The notes below the pieces were generated by a model that was not told the DNA's origin, searched no databases, and saw only the letters and a program-made list of their open reading frames with translations. Position numbers and translations under genes: made by a program. A DNA stretch of 64,000 nucleotides, taken from positions 646,515 through 710,514 of the forward strand of contig OZ316897.1 of the NCBI GenBank assembly GCA_973895155.1. The letters run 5' to 3'. Numbering within the stretch: the first letter of the stretch is position 1; each line of letters starts with the position of its first letter. This document shows, piece after piece, positions 1-11,103 of the stretch. This DNA comes from Marsupella aquatica (lineage: Eukaryota > Plantae > Marchantiophyta).

Positions 1-357
1 TCCTCTATCACTCATGTATTTAAGGCTTGCTACACAAGTCTTACAAAGTCCTTTAGTTGGTCCAAAAAGACAGCTGGTATTGTACATAGGTCGTTCCATA
101 GGAGAATAGGCTAATGTCATGTATGCTATAATTCAACGGCAATGAAGACAAAGGTGCGCAAAAGCTTGGCAATGTGGCCCATATGTGGTTTGTACACAAT
201 CACTCAATTTATTTAATGTGCAAGCTGGACTTTAGCTTTGTACAGTGCATCCAGTACCCACAGGATACAAAATTGATTGATTGTAACTAATCCAAGCAGA
301 AATAGAGAGAACCACACTGAACTATTGGGCCTGTAGAAAAATCTGGCCACAAAATCT

Positions 358-540
358 GCATGCAAAAACACTACTGCAAAAACTGCAGCTTCGTCTCTAC
401 AAAAACGTTCTCCTCAGATCAACTCATTCCTAATCTAAAACCGCATGCAGAAACACTACTGCAAAAATTGCAAAAACTGCAACTCTATCTCTACAAGTCC
501 CAAAACATTCTCCTAAGATGACCTCATTCCTAATCTAAAC
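358..540. repeat. Imperfect ~85-95 bp tandem duplication
   Basis: gcatgca(a/g)aaacactactgcaaaaa...ctcattcctaatctaaa occurs twice, from ~358 and ~443. Confidence 0.75.
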
Positions 541-1793
541 CTTGATGACGAAGTGCAACTAAAATACCCTCCATTTGGTCCAAAAGGACAGATCCTCTTG
601 GTACGAGGGATCGTTCCACATTGGTGGACTGTCACTTGCCTATCCAACGATTAATGCGTGCAAACCGTACTTTTCCTTGCTTAAACCGTTGGTATCGTAT
701 TACGGGGTCGTGGAGGGACGCTATTTGGAGGATTTCCACACCTAAGGATGAGTATGTTTGATTCCGCTCCCGAAAGTGTACTTTTTGATCAAGTCTACCG
801 ACTGGTCTCTCCGTTTTTGATCAAGTCCAAGGGACTGGTCCTACCATCTACAACTCATGCCCACCGGGTGAGTGCTGTCACCACCCCCCTCCTCTTTTGG
901 ACATGCATACCAACATTTACAATAAGATTTGAACACTAGTGACAAGGGCAAATGTTTCCACAATGACACCGACCACACACACTAGGGGAGGAAAACAAAC
1001 AACACAAGCAACAACAAGTGACACACAAAATATTGGAACCTCAAGCCAAATCCATATCTCTTGGTGTTTCCCGTAACACATGCAAGGACAACCCGGCCTC
1101 CTGCCGTCTGCCCAACTCCTGCCTCACGGGGACAAGTGCTACGTTCTCCACCTCACTACTCTGGCTTGAACTTCTCCTAATCGGTGCGCTACTCATAAAA
1201 GCTACTCCAAAGCATCCAAGTACTACGCTGAGTTCCCCCCCTTACTACTCTGGGGCTCTCCCCCTAAATACCAAAAAACACACCAAAGCACCCCTCACGG
1301 GGCCACAACGATGGCGGCTTACCCTAGCGGCGCCGCTAAACCCTTCACTAAGAAACCCCTAAACTAAAACCATGCGGCACACACATGCGTCTAAAAACCC
1401 TAAACCCTAAACTAACAATGGGGCCGACGGTGCCTTCGACGGTGCCCCAACGTTACTCCGTGAACCGTGAAATTGCAAGGAACCCCACCATGGCCGAAAC
1501 TAGGCGCCCCTCCATTTGCACTTCTGAGTTCACCCCTGGATAGTTCTCCTCCTCCTGATCACGAATCACTCAACCGCTCTCTAACCGGACATTGGACGAC
1601 CAAGTTATGACCGTTTCCGTATCCCGTAAACACAACTTCGCCGGGCCATAACCTGCTCATCCTGGCTCCGTTTGAGGAGCGCCGCCTCTTGTTGGAATCA
1701 GCTCCGCGAGCTCTTTCCAACAAGCCCGTGAGTGACCCCTCAAAAAAAAGTTGGAAAGTCCAGGGGCCGTACAACCACGTCCGTACGACCACT

Positions 1794-3624
1794 CTAATCC
1801 TCTTCCTCTTCACTCACGGTGCCCTGGCTTGAGCCCCGTGAGTGGGCCTCCTCATCACTCTCCACTGGAGTGAGTGCCACTTCACTTCTCTTCTTCTTTA
1901 CCGGGGTACTCCTTGTGCTAGTGCTCCCCTGCTTTCTCAAATTGGCCAAGGCCTGCCACGCTTTAATGTACCCCTCACCAATGGTGTCCTTCCATAGGGT
2001 AGCCTCTTCTCTGGACCGCAACTCCAACGGTAGAACTTGCCCTGTGGCCATGGGAGTCCCGGGGGTGACAGACCTGGGTGGCATCCCTGTACTGACCTGA
2101 GCCTCCCGTAATGATTTCCGTACCTCCCGGAGCTTCTTCTCCAAGCCCTTGCTCTTCTCCTGACTCTTCTTGGCTCCATCCAACAAGGGCCCATACTTCC
2201 CACTAACCTCCTTCACCACCATCTCAATAGCCTGGGAGATCAAATCCGGAGAAAGTGTGGAGCTAGGAGTGCCGGGGCTCTTCCGTTTCCCCAGACTCAA
2301 GGCCTCACTCCTCTTTGCTCGTGTCTCAAAGGCGGCCACCTGACTCCGTAGTGCTCCCACCTGGTTTCTCCACTCCACCACTTCTCCAGAATTTTGCTTC
2401 TCTTTGGCCAATGCTTGTCTCAATGCTCCCACCTCTTCTGCTTCCTTGGCCTTGGTGGACAAGGCTCCCTTCAAGTTGGAGATCTCTACGTGAGCTGCTT
2501 GGAGAAGCTTAACCTTCTCATGAATGGTCTCCTCCTTGGCCTTGATCACCTCCTTCAGAGACAGGGTACTCTGCTCTAACGTCTCTACTCTGGTTGTGGT
2601 GTGCTTGAGAGAATCTCTCAATGCGTGGACTAGCTTGAGTCCCTCATGGACTCCCTCTCTGAAATCCCGTAGCTCTGCCAGGTAAACATTCGGAATGTTG
2701 TAGGCCAGGGGCTCTTTCGGATCTCCCACGAGTGATTCAAGCCACTCCAATGTGTAGTCCTCATCCTGGTTTTCTTCTCCTCTATCTTCATCCCCACCAG
2801 CCGACGATGATTCCTCCGTGAGCTTCCCTATAACGGTAGTGGCAATACTCCGGATCTCCGTGGTGAGAGATGATTCCGTGTCTTCCTGTCCCGGGGAACC
2901 AATCAACCCTTCTGCCCTGGCCAATACAAATGACCCCATCAAATGTACAGCCCCACCTGGTTTCACACTCCCAAGGTCAGCGGCCAACAGCTTCTTCAAC
3001 CCGTAGTACCACCATCCGTACACATGGGCTGGGTGGTTCTTGATGTCCATAGCTACCACGAAATGCTCTTCATTCACCACCCCTGATTGCACGTTGCCAA
3101 GGACCCGTTGATGAACCTTGGCCAGGAATCCCTTATACTCAACATCCTTGACAATGGAAAGAGGGATGGCAGTGGTGGAGGTGGGATTAATCACCCAAGT
3201 GGCCACCATCTTCAACGTGAGTTCTCCCCTGATGTGCCGAGGTGTGAATGAGAATTTCTGATTCTCCAGAAATAGCAGCCTAGCCAACTCTACATTCAAA
3301 GTAGATTCCCTCCGTTCGTAACTCCATCCCGGCCTCAATGTCCCAGCTCTTCCCCGGGGGGATGGTAATCTCCACCTTCATGAATTTTGTAACCCCGGTG
3401 GCTTGGAAAATATTCCGACAATCCTCCATCACCTTGGCGGAGGTCTTGGGATAAATTCGACAAAAAATCCTCCTACCCACCGGCGTGGAACCTGCTGCCA
3501 ATCCCGTGCTCATCGTAGCTTCTCTCTCTTCTCTCTCCCTTGCAATCAAAGTCTCCACGTAGTCACGGTAAGCAGCCTTGTATCTCCGAATGCGTGCCAC
3601 ACTGAACTCCGGTTGATCTAGCAT
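1794..3624 (-). pseudogene. Unit B ORF, coiled-coil protein with a frameshift near 3340-3365
   Basis: Overlapping ORFs 3624-3280 and 3338-1794, with a long heptad-rich C-terminal half. IFQATGVTKFMKV..GWSYERRESTL..LARLLFL weakly parallels the N-terminal domain of the other LTR ORFs. Confidence 0.6.
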
Positions 3625-3959
3625 TCATGCATCCCGAAATCAAATCCTCAATCACCAAATCCCGTCACCCGTAGCAATGTCAATTCCCTGGCCCGAAACA
3701 GCCCCCGCATCCCGATCAATCGATTACTCTCAATTCCCCCAGAAGCCACTCCGTGCTGCTGCCGCTAATGCCCGGAAGAATCAGGCCACCAAGCCCCACC
3801 AATCTACCATGAGAGAGAGCTTCAAAAATAATTAGAAGGTGAGAGCTTTCAGCAAGGTGTTGGGAGAGAGCTTCGAGTTTTGCTTTCGGCAAGGAGAGGG
3901 TCGTGCAAAAGAGGGAGAAAAGAAGGGAAGAAAAAAACAAAAAATCCCCCCCCGACACC

Positions 3960-4548
3960 TCCTTTCGCCTTGCGCCCCGGGCCCTCCTTTAATGGCCCTC
4001 CCCGTAGCGCCCTCTTTCGCCTAGCTCGCGGGAGCCCTAAATGCCCTGGGCACGCAGCCCTATGGGCTTGCCCCGGCCACCTGCCATCTCACTTTTCTCG
4101 CGGGAGTCCCGGCTGCGCTCTCGCCCCGATGCCCCCCTGCGCCACTCGCGGGAGCACTTAGTGCTCGGCTACTTGCGGTTCAAACAGGGGATTTAATTCC
4201 CCCCGACAGCCCTCTTTCGCCTCACGGCCACCCCCCGTAGCGCCCTCTTTCGCCTGGCTCGCGGGAGCCCTAAATGCCCTGGGCACGCAGCCCTATGGGC
4301 TCACGGGAGGGTTTTAATACCCCCCCTTTACTCCTCGGCTGCGGCCCGGCTGCCCTTGCCCTGCTCGCGGGAGCCCTTTCCTGGGGATTCCACGTGGTGG
4401 CCCTAGGGCTGCCCCTTATGGGCCCTTAAGTGCTCGCCCTCTGCTAGGCCACTTTAAGGGGTATTTAACCCCCCTCCGCGACCTTCCTGCACCGGCCTCC
4501 CTACTTGGTACTCGCGGTGCCCCTTAAGGGGGAATTTTAATTTCTCCC
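3960..4548. repeat. GC-rich direct repeats and GGGG-wTTAAw-CCCC palindromes upstream of the unit B ORF (continues at 9223-9400)
   Basis: A ~65 bp direct repeat at ~4001-4068 and ~4234-4300. Palindromes near 4186, 4305, 4457, 4528 and 9271. Confidence 0.7.
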
Positions 4549-7500
4549 TGTGATGCCTAGACAGGAATCACTCGGCCGGTTAAGTGGGTAAAGCAGGAAG
4601 GCACCCTAGGAACACCTTAGTATAGGGACAAAACAAGGAAAATATAAACAATTAGGGGCAACCATGGAACCCGGGCCGAGGCCGGAGGTAAGGCTGAGGG
4701 TGAAAACCCGATTAGGGTTAGGGCGCGTTAAGCGTCGGCGGCTAGGAAGGATCAACGGGAAGAAGGACCGGCAGAAGAGAGGGGTAAGGAGCGCTTGCAG
4801 GAGATGGTGGCTCATTTGCGAGCACGAACTAGGCAGACGACTATGGGAGGCCAACTACTGTCAGCTGCTTAGGCAAGCACTCGGGGAGAGAGTAGATACC
4901 GATGATCGACCTAAGGAGGGTATGAGCAACGTCAATCAAGCGGCACATTTCTGGGGATGCCTGTTTGAACGGGCAACTGAGTACATCAAGACTTACGAGG
5001 ACGAGGAATCAGAAAGGGCAGCTCGAGAACGGCAGGAGCTCGCTCGATTGTGGGAGCTGCAGAAGACGACTTTCTTAGGAGGCGAACTCATCAAGGACGA
5101 GTTCCTGTGGACGCCTACTTCCAATCAACTCGACGATCTTCTGTTTTGCAAAGACAGCGTCGTCGGCATCCGAGAGGCCATCAAGAACTGCAACGACATA
5201 CATTGGGAATTAAAGGGTAGCACGGAAAGGTGGACCCAGGCAACGGTGCTAGGAGAAACCTCCACGGCAGCAGAGATGAAGAGGAAGGGAGCCGTCAACG
5301 ATGAAGCCACCCCGGCAAAAAGAACGAGGTCGGCGGCACCAAAGAGGCCAGCCGAGCAGCAGAGCAGGAGGCAGGGAGAAGCCGAAGAGGAGGAGGTCGA
5401 TCCCATCAAGGCCATTCCAACCAGGGATGACACCTGGAAGGGCTGGGCGGCAACCCTACCGGTGGAGGTGCAACTACATTTTGCACGGGAGGAGGATGCA
5501 TGCTTTACGGCCATGCAGACCAAGAAGTACCAAGGCTTCATGGCCGGATCCGGCTTGGAGGCCTTTGTAAGATTACCATGGCTGAAGCCGGAGGTACCGG
5601 AGTCAGACCTATTAGAATTCGTGGGGTCATGGGAACCCGAGACCAATTGCACGAGGATATATGGGAAGGATTTCTATCTTACTCCCAAGGTAATTGCCGA
5701 AGTGTTTGGCCTGCCGATAGGCAATAAGACCAAAGTTGATACCAGGAAGACCTTGCCTGACAAGGAGTTCCGGTCGTTCCCCGGGCCATCAACGAAGAAT
5801 GGCTTCTTCCGGAACACCTGCACCAACCCGCACATAGGAGAGATGATCGACTTCTTGCGGGTGACCATGCATTGTAACTTGCCGAGGGCAGAGATCGGCA
5901 AGGCACAGGTCTATCTGGCAGAAAGGCCAGACCCAAGCCGGGACTACAACGGGTACCTCCTCAACCAATTGAAGAAGATCTTAAAGGAGGAGCAGCAGGT
6001 AATCGGCATGGGGAGCGTGTCGCGGCTGGGCTATCACATGCCGCTGTTGTGCCGGTATGCCAGAGGTCAGACTTTTGCCCCGGTACTTCCCCTGCAGGTA
6101 AGGGCACCCGAGGAAGCTCCAACGCCAAGGCCGTTGGCTGAGAAGCCTCAACCACCTGTTAGTCCTACGATCGAGCAGGTGTTTAGGCCCAGGAAGGAAG
6201 ACTTGCCGATGCAGCAACCATGCATGCAGAGTCTGCTGAAACTACTGGAGAAAGAAAAGAAATCGGCATCGGCAACAACAACGGCAACGGCAACAATGCA
6301 GGACACTACTACAGAGGTAGGCCTACACCGGCTCACAAGAGAAAACCCCTTTGCTGGAGACAAGGAGAGAATCAGGCCGGAATCCAAGCTAGGTGTTCGA
6401 ATGTACGTGGGAACCTCAAGCTCCGAATCTGAGGCAGAATTGCCTGAAGCTCCTACCGACGAAGAGGAGAGGGAGAAGCCGGACGTCCAAGAGGTAGAGG
6501 AGGCAGTGGAGGACTGCAGCCATGATAATTCCGGCTATGGGTCGGACCATCACGTTCCAGGAGTAAGGACCTGTGGCCGGTTTGTCCCCACACTTCCAAG
6601 GGTAGTGCGAGGGGACCCCAACCAGCAGAGTAGCCCTGAGTCTCCCCCACCAGATGTTGCTCCCCCGAGCTTCGACGGCATAAAACAGACGGTGCAGGAA
6701 TTTCAGGAGCGAATCAAGCAGGAGGAGGAGGCCGCCCTGGCTAAGGAAAAGGATTTACCAGGAGGAGATTGGCCGGAGGACATCAGGCGGCTAGCCAAAA
6801 AAGGAAGCAAACCTCTAGCCACGATTGAAGAGATCCGCAGGACGGCTTGGGAGCAGAGGCCGCGATGGGCGATGCCGATCACTTCTACTTACTCCACCTA
6901 CGCTAAGAATAGAGCCATGGAGTATGGTGAGATGTGTGGGGAACTTGTGCTCGGCATCTTTGGAGAGGAGTTGGAGGTAGGACCCTTTTTCCATAGGGAG
7001 CAGTTGGAGAAGCACCAATTAGAAGAAGCGGTGGCTTTAGAGAGAAGCAAGAAGGACGAGGTCATTCGGCGGCTTAGGAGGATGGAAGCCGAGATTGAAG
7101 ATCTAAGGGCGGCCAAGAAAGCCCAAGATGAACTGCGGATTAAACGACATGAGCTGAACATCATGCAGGGGCAGTTGGACACCGCGCAGGCTGATAATCA
7201 GAATATCAAGGATAAACTGACTCAGACGCAGGAAGAGTTGGCCGACACGATCAAAGAGAGGGAGAAGTGGAAGCAAGAGCTGAAGAATACAGAGGAGGCC
7301 CACATAACAGCCAACAGCCGGGCCATGGCGGAGACCCAAAGAAAGGAATGGGCGTTGAAAGGGGAGCTCGAGAAAATCCGCGGAGCCCTTGAGCAGAAGG
7401 AGGCCGAGTTAGGGAAATCCTATCAAGGGATTATGGCGCTGCAGCAGGAGCTTGCGTCCCTGACGGCCAGCTTCAAGGCCGACTTAAGGGAGAAGGACGA

Positions 7501-9217
7501 GATGCTCGAACAGACTTACGCCAAGATGAACCAGATGGAGTCTATCATCATTGCAGAGCTCGACAAGGAGCTAAAAGCAACCCAGGAGGAGAGGACTACC
7601 TTGAAACAAGAACGGGAGGAAGCCCAGAAGGAACTAGAGGAGGCACGCAAGGACCTGGATGAGACCCAGGAGGAGTTGGAGGAAATCACGAGGAAGATGG
7701 AGAACCTCCAGCGGCGGGCCGACAACCAAACGGAGCGGCTGAAGAAACAAGCCGCAGTATTTAAGTGCTTGTCTTCATCAGGCCCAACTCCAATTGGGGC
7801 AACCAAGTTACCAGGAGTGGTACTGGCCGAAGAAAAAGCCGCGCCAACTGCACCAGTGCCGGAGGTAAGTGGGAAGGGGAAGGGACCAGCTGCCGAACCA
7901 GAAAAGAAGAAAAAGCGGAAACCTTCAGGGTCAAGGAGTAATCCGACTCCACAAGCCGTGGTGACCAAAGAGGTAGAACCAGCACCATCCTCCGACATGA
8001 ATACGACAATAGATCCCGCTATGATCACAGGTAGGGATGGTGCGGCCCAAGCCGAACTACTCAGTAAGGAGGCCAGTATTCCAGATCCGCCTCTTGAGCA
8101 GGCCGGGGAGACCGTAGCCGAGGCTGAGGCCGTAACCGATTCTCGAGCCGATGCCGACGCCGATGGTGGACCCAGTCAGGCCGATGGAGAGTTGACTCAA
8201 TCAAGGGCAGGTAATCTGTCAGGGAATGAGCCTACGGCAGTGGCTGAGGAGGAAGCGTTGGGGGCGTCCATTAAGGATCCACCACCGGTGTCGTGACGGT
8301 GCAAGGGCGCCGTTCCTTTTAGGGAGGGCGGACGTGGAGGGAGGAGGCGTGAGTGGGCAGGGCGGGCGCGGATCTCCACGTTTAGGATTAGGATCAGAAC
8401 CAGGAGCGGCCCTGACACTTAGCTTAGTGGGATTGCGGTCCCACTGGTAGGAGCAACACTTGTGCTCCTGCCTTGCTGTACATAGGTAGATTCGGGCAAG
8501 TAGATTACTGTTAAGTAGATTAGGCTTACGATGCAAAGAATGGCGGATCCACTACCAGGATAAGTACCTAGGCAGCGGGGAGCTCAGGGCCTCTTCTTTA
8601 GCAAGTTTTTAGTTTGCACCAGCCGGGCTGGGATCAAGTAGTACGAGAAGCTCTCGGTTAGTCATACAGTGACCCTTGTGTATATTCATGTTTCCTCATG
8701 CCTAAGAGCTGAATAGAGTTGGCCTCACGGCTTAGTTCGCAGAACTTGTGTATGAGATGTACTGTTTGTATGGCAAGTGCATGGTATGACTCAGTCAGAA
8801 TGAGTCATTTTGCTATTTGTGTGTCGCATTAACTTGTGTGAAGAGTGCCCACATCAACAGAAGGAAGGAAAGTAAGCAGGGGAGTGAGAGTTGGATGTGT
8901 CGAGCTAAGAGAGGTCTTAGCGGCTTAACCAAGCCTATTGGGGATCATTCCGGCGGCGGAATCCAAACATACCTAACAAGACGGAGGGGAAGACAGGGGA
9001 AGACAGGGGAAGGCCTATATTAGGCCGGCTACGTATCTCATGACCCGATGAAGGATCTGTCCAGTATATGTGTGTAAAATGTTAATAGTAGTAGTAGAAG
9101 GTTAGCAGCGTCCCATGCCGCTAAGCCGCGGAAACGGCCTCGCCAAGCACGAAACCTGCGGGAATCGGCTTGAGCTGGGGGGTTTCTTGGGTTTAGGGAG
9201 CCATGGGACGCACCACA
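4549..9217 (+). mobile_element. ORF-bearing solo-LTR-like element, copy A1 (4669 bp)
   Basis: Termini TGTGATGC...GCACCACA (7/8 inverted). 5-bp TSD CTCCC (4544-4548, 9218-9222). Colinear, highly similar copy at 51872-56538. Confidence 0.93.
4664..8296 (+). CDS. 1210-aa LTR-encoded protein: N-terminal domain resembling plant retrotransposon accessory ORFs, long coiled coil, basic KKKKRK motif
   Basis: Uninterrupted ORF with motif GLEAFVRLPW..LLEFVGSW..TRIYGKDFYLTPKVIAEVFGLP. No gag, RT, RNase H or integrase motifs seen. Confidence 0.8.
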   Translation: MEPGPRPEVRLRVKTRLGLGRVKRRRLGRINGKKDRQKRGVRSACRRWWLICEHELGRRLWEANYCQLLRQALGERVDTDDRPKEGMSNVNQAAHFWGCLFERATEYIKTYEDEESERAARERQELARLWELQKTTFLGGELIKDEFLWTPTSNQLDDLLFCKDSVVGIREAIKNCNDIHWELKGSTERWTQATVLGETSTAAEMKRKGAVNDEATPAKRTRSAAPKRPAEQQSRRQGEAEEEEVDPIKAIPTRDDTWKGWAATLPVEVQLHFAREEDACFTAMQTKKYQGFMAGSGLEAFVRLPWLKPEVPESDLLEFVGSWEPETNCTRIYGKDFYLTPKVIAEVFGLPIGNKTKVDTRKTLPDKEFRSFPGPSTKNGFFRNTCTNPHIGEMIDFLRVTMHCNLPRAEIGKAQVYLAERPDPSRDYNGYLLNQLKKILKEEQQVIGMGSVSRLGYHMPLLCRYARGQTFAPVLPLQVRAPEEAPTPRPLAEKPQPPVSPTIEQVFRPRKEDLPMQQPCMQSLLKLLEKEKKSASATTTATATMQDTTTEVGLHRLTRENPFAGDKERIRPESKLGVRMYVGTSSSESEAELPEAPTDEEEREKPDVQEVEEAVEDCSHDNSGYGSDHHVPGVRTCGRFVPTLPRVVRGDPNQQSSPESPPPDVAPPSFDGIKQTVQEFQERIKQEEEAALAKEKDLPGGDWPEDIRRLAKKGSKPLATIEEIRRTAWEQRPRWAMPITSTYSTYAKNRAMEYGEMCGELVLGIFGEELEVGPFFHREQLEKHQLEEAVALERSKKDEVIRRLRRMEAEIEDLRAAKKAQDELRIKRHELNIMQGQLDTAQADNQNIKDKLTQTQEELADTIKEREKWKQELKNTEEAHITANSRAMAETQRKEWALKGELEKIRGALEQKEAELGKSYQGIMALQQELASLTASFKADLREKDEMLEQTYAKMNQMESIIIAELDKELKATQEERTTLKQEREEAQKELEEARKDLDETQEELEEITRKMENLQRRADNQTERLKKQAAVFKCLSSSGPTPIGATKLPGVVLAEEKAAPTAPVPEVSGKGKGPAAEPEKKKKRKPSGSRSNPTPQAVVTKEVEPAPSSDMNTTIDPAMITGRDGAAQAELLSKEASIPDPPLEQAGETVAEAEAVTDSRADADADGGPSQADGELTQSRAGNLSGNEPTAVAEEEALGASIKDPPPVS

Positions 9218-10459
9218 CTCCCCCACCCTCGGCGCCTCGCTTCCTTCAGCTCGCGGGGCTCCCCTCAAACGGGGGATTTAATCCCCCTTTCTTCTCCTGA
9301 ACGCGGCCCTATGCAGGGCTCGCGACAGCCTCCTCCCTGTCCAGCCCGGCTCCGGCTGCCCATAAAAAAAACTTCCCCCTAATCACACTGCCGGGGTCAC
9401 CTCTACTCAAAAACTTCCTTGCTCCCGGTCCTGTTTTATTTCTTCTCCCCACCAACCTTGCTATTGAGTTCTCTAAAAATGGCCCTAAAATAATGGGGAG
9501 TCCCCCAAAGGCAGGGCCCTCCGCCCAACATAATTGCAGAACAATCAGGGGATAAAAATAAATACAGTTCTTCGGTCACAGGTGATAGAATTAACTTAAA
9601 AAAAATTGAAAAAATGGTTATTTACAATGGTTATTTACACTGCGCGACACTCCGCGACCAAGTTATTCATGATTTTATGTGACGGGGACCCCGTAATACG
9701 ATACCAACGGTTTAAGCAAGGAAAAGTACGGTTTGCACGCATTAATCGTTGGATTGGCAAGTGACATGGACCTTGGGTGGGACCTAGCTAGTGTCACACT
9801 AGCAGGCCAAGGGACCCAACTATGGGTAGGAACCCCTAGGATAGACTCAATTTCCACTGACAGTACCCCATCTTTTACAATCAAGGCAGCCGAGCACCTC
9901 CGACACTGCAAGGCAACAGCCCGAATGTAGTCCAATTGCTCCTGTTCAGTGCAAGTTCGTAGGTCTGAAGCTCCTAGCCCCAACCAGACTGAAGCGCTAT
10001 CCTGAATCTCAGCACGAATGGGGGTTGCCTGCCTGAATACCGCATCAACAATGACAACATCAAAACCATATGTATCAACACCCTCCCCTGGATGGCCACA
10101 CACCTGCCGGCCAAGCTCCTTTGATGAGCCACAAATGCCTCCATGTCCTAGCCGATGTGAGCACGCTTTGTAAATAAAGCGTCGAGGATGGGGGAAGGTA
10201 GAATGAAAGTTCACAACATGAACCACAACATCTTGAAATTTAGCAGACTGCCCTGCTTCCACAACCTGCTCGACTTCTATCACAGGAGTCCCCATTCTTG
10301 TGCGTCAACAAAATCCTGCAAAACTACAAGTCCAATACTCAAATTAATACTCAAGGATTCCAGATGGATATTCAATGACGATGCCTTGCATACAGAACAT
10401 AACAGACAATCAATTATGTAGTGCCTGGTAGTTCACAAATCCTCAAGGTGTAACTACAC

Positions 10460-10760
10460 TAAATAATACTCAAAGGTATTACACTAATACTTGACATAAT
10501 ACCCCAGGTATTGACATAATACCCCAGGTATTGGTATAATACCCCAAGGTATTGATATAATACTCTATGGTATTGGCATAATACTCTGAGGTATTGACAT
10601 AATACTCTGAGGTATTGACATAACTCTTGAAGGTATTGTGATAACACCGCGCGTAATTGACTATACCTGAAACTCTTACAGTAACACCTTATTGTATTAG
10701 ACCAATACCCAAAGGTATTAAACTAATACTTTGGTATTAAAGTAATAGTCATAGGTACTA
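10460..10760. repeat. 20-21 bp minisatellite
   Basis: Repeated unit attgacataatac(cccag/tctgag)gt. Confidence 0.85.
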
Positions 10761-11103
10761 GGTAGATACTCTATCCTATCATGAAATCACAGCTATGTCC
10801 TAATTACCTCAGTCTGGTCGTGTAAAGTGAGTAAACTATTCAAATCTAAATACTCATGATGTGCATGTATGAAATGAGTGAACCCTAAACCAAATGAAGA
10901 GCCTGAGAATACATAGGAATTCACTACAGGATTACATAGGAATTCACTAAATAAAGGATGAGCAATTATAGGAGAGTGAAAATTTACCATCGATGCATCC
11001 ACATTGGGTATTTAGCTTGACATCTAGCATTCATGAATGCTCAGAGGCAGACAACAATGTCAACACAGTAGTGAGTCCTATTTAAATTCCCCAGCCTCAC
11101 CTA

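Larger units (their letters stand above)
630..9766 (-). mobile_element. TGT..ACA element with 80-bp terminal inverted repeats and 5-bp TSD (~4.5 kb without the nested insert); probably LTR-derived (unit B)
   Basis: 630-709 is the reverse complement of 9687-9766 with one mismatch. TGGAC flanks both ends (625-629, 9767-9771). The element interrupts an ORF that is restored on its removal. Confidence 0.9.
530..10295 (-). pseudogene. RPA1 C-terminal-like OB-fold/Zn ORF split by the 630-9766 insertion (pieces 10295-9767 and 629-530)
   Basis: The ORF has FIYKACSH..CG..VCGH..TYGFDVVIVD..IQDSASVWLGLGASDL, resembling RPA70 DBD-C. Removing the insert and one TGGAC copy restores the frame: ...RSHPRS-TNVERSLVPRGSVLLDQMEGILVALRHQGLD* (stop at 532-530). 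Confidence 0.6.

Noticed and set aside
1335-1412. AAACCCT telomere-like motifs
   Set aside because: Only scattered or paired copies, not a telomeric array.
5125-8028. Antisense ORFs within A1, also in A2
   Set aside because: They are shadows of the long sense ORF; their conservation reflects recent duplication.
4664-8296. Host myosin/SMC-like coiled-coil gene, or an env gene
   Set aside because: It lies inside a repeated TSD-flanked unit. No motor or ATPase motifs, signal peptide or transmembrane segment were seen.
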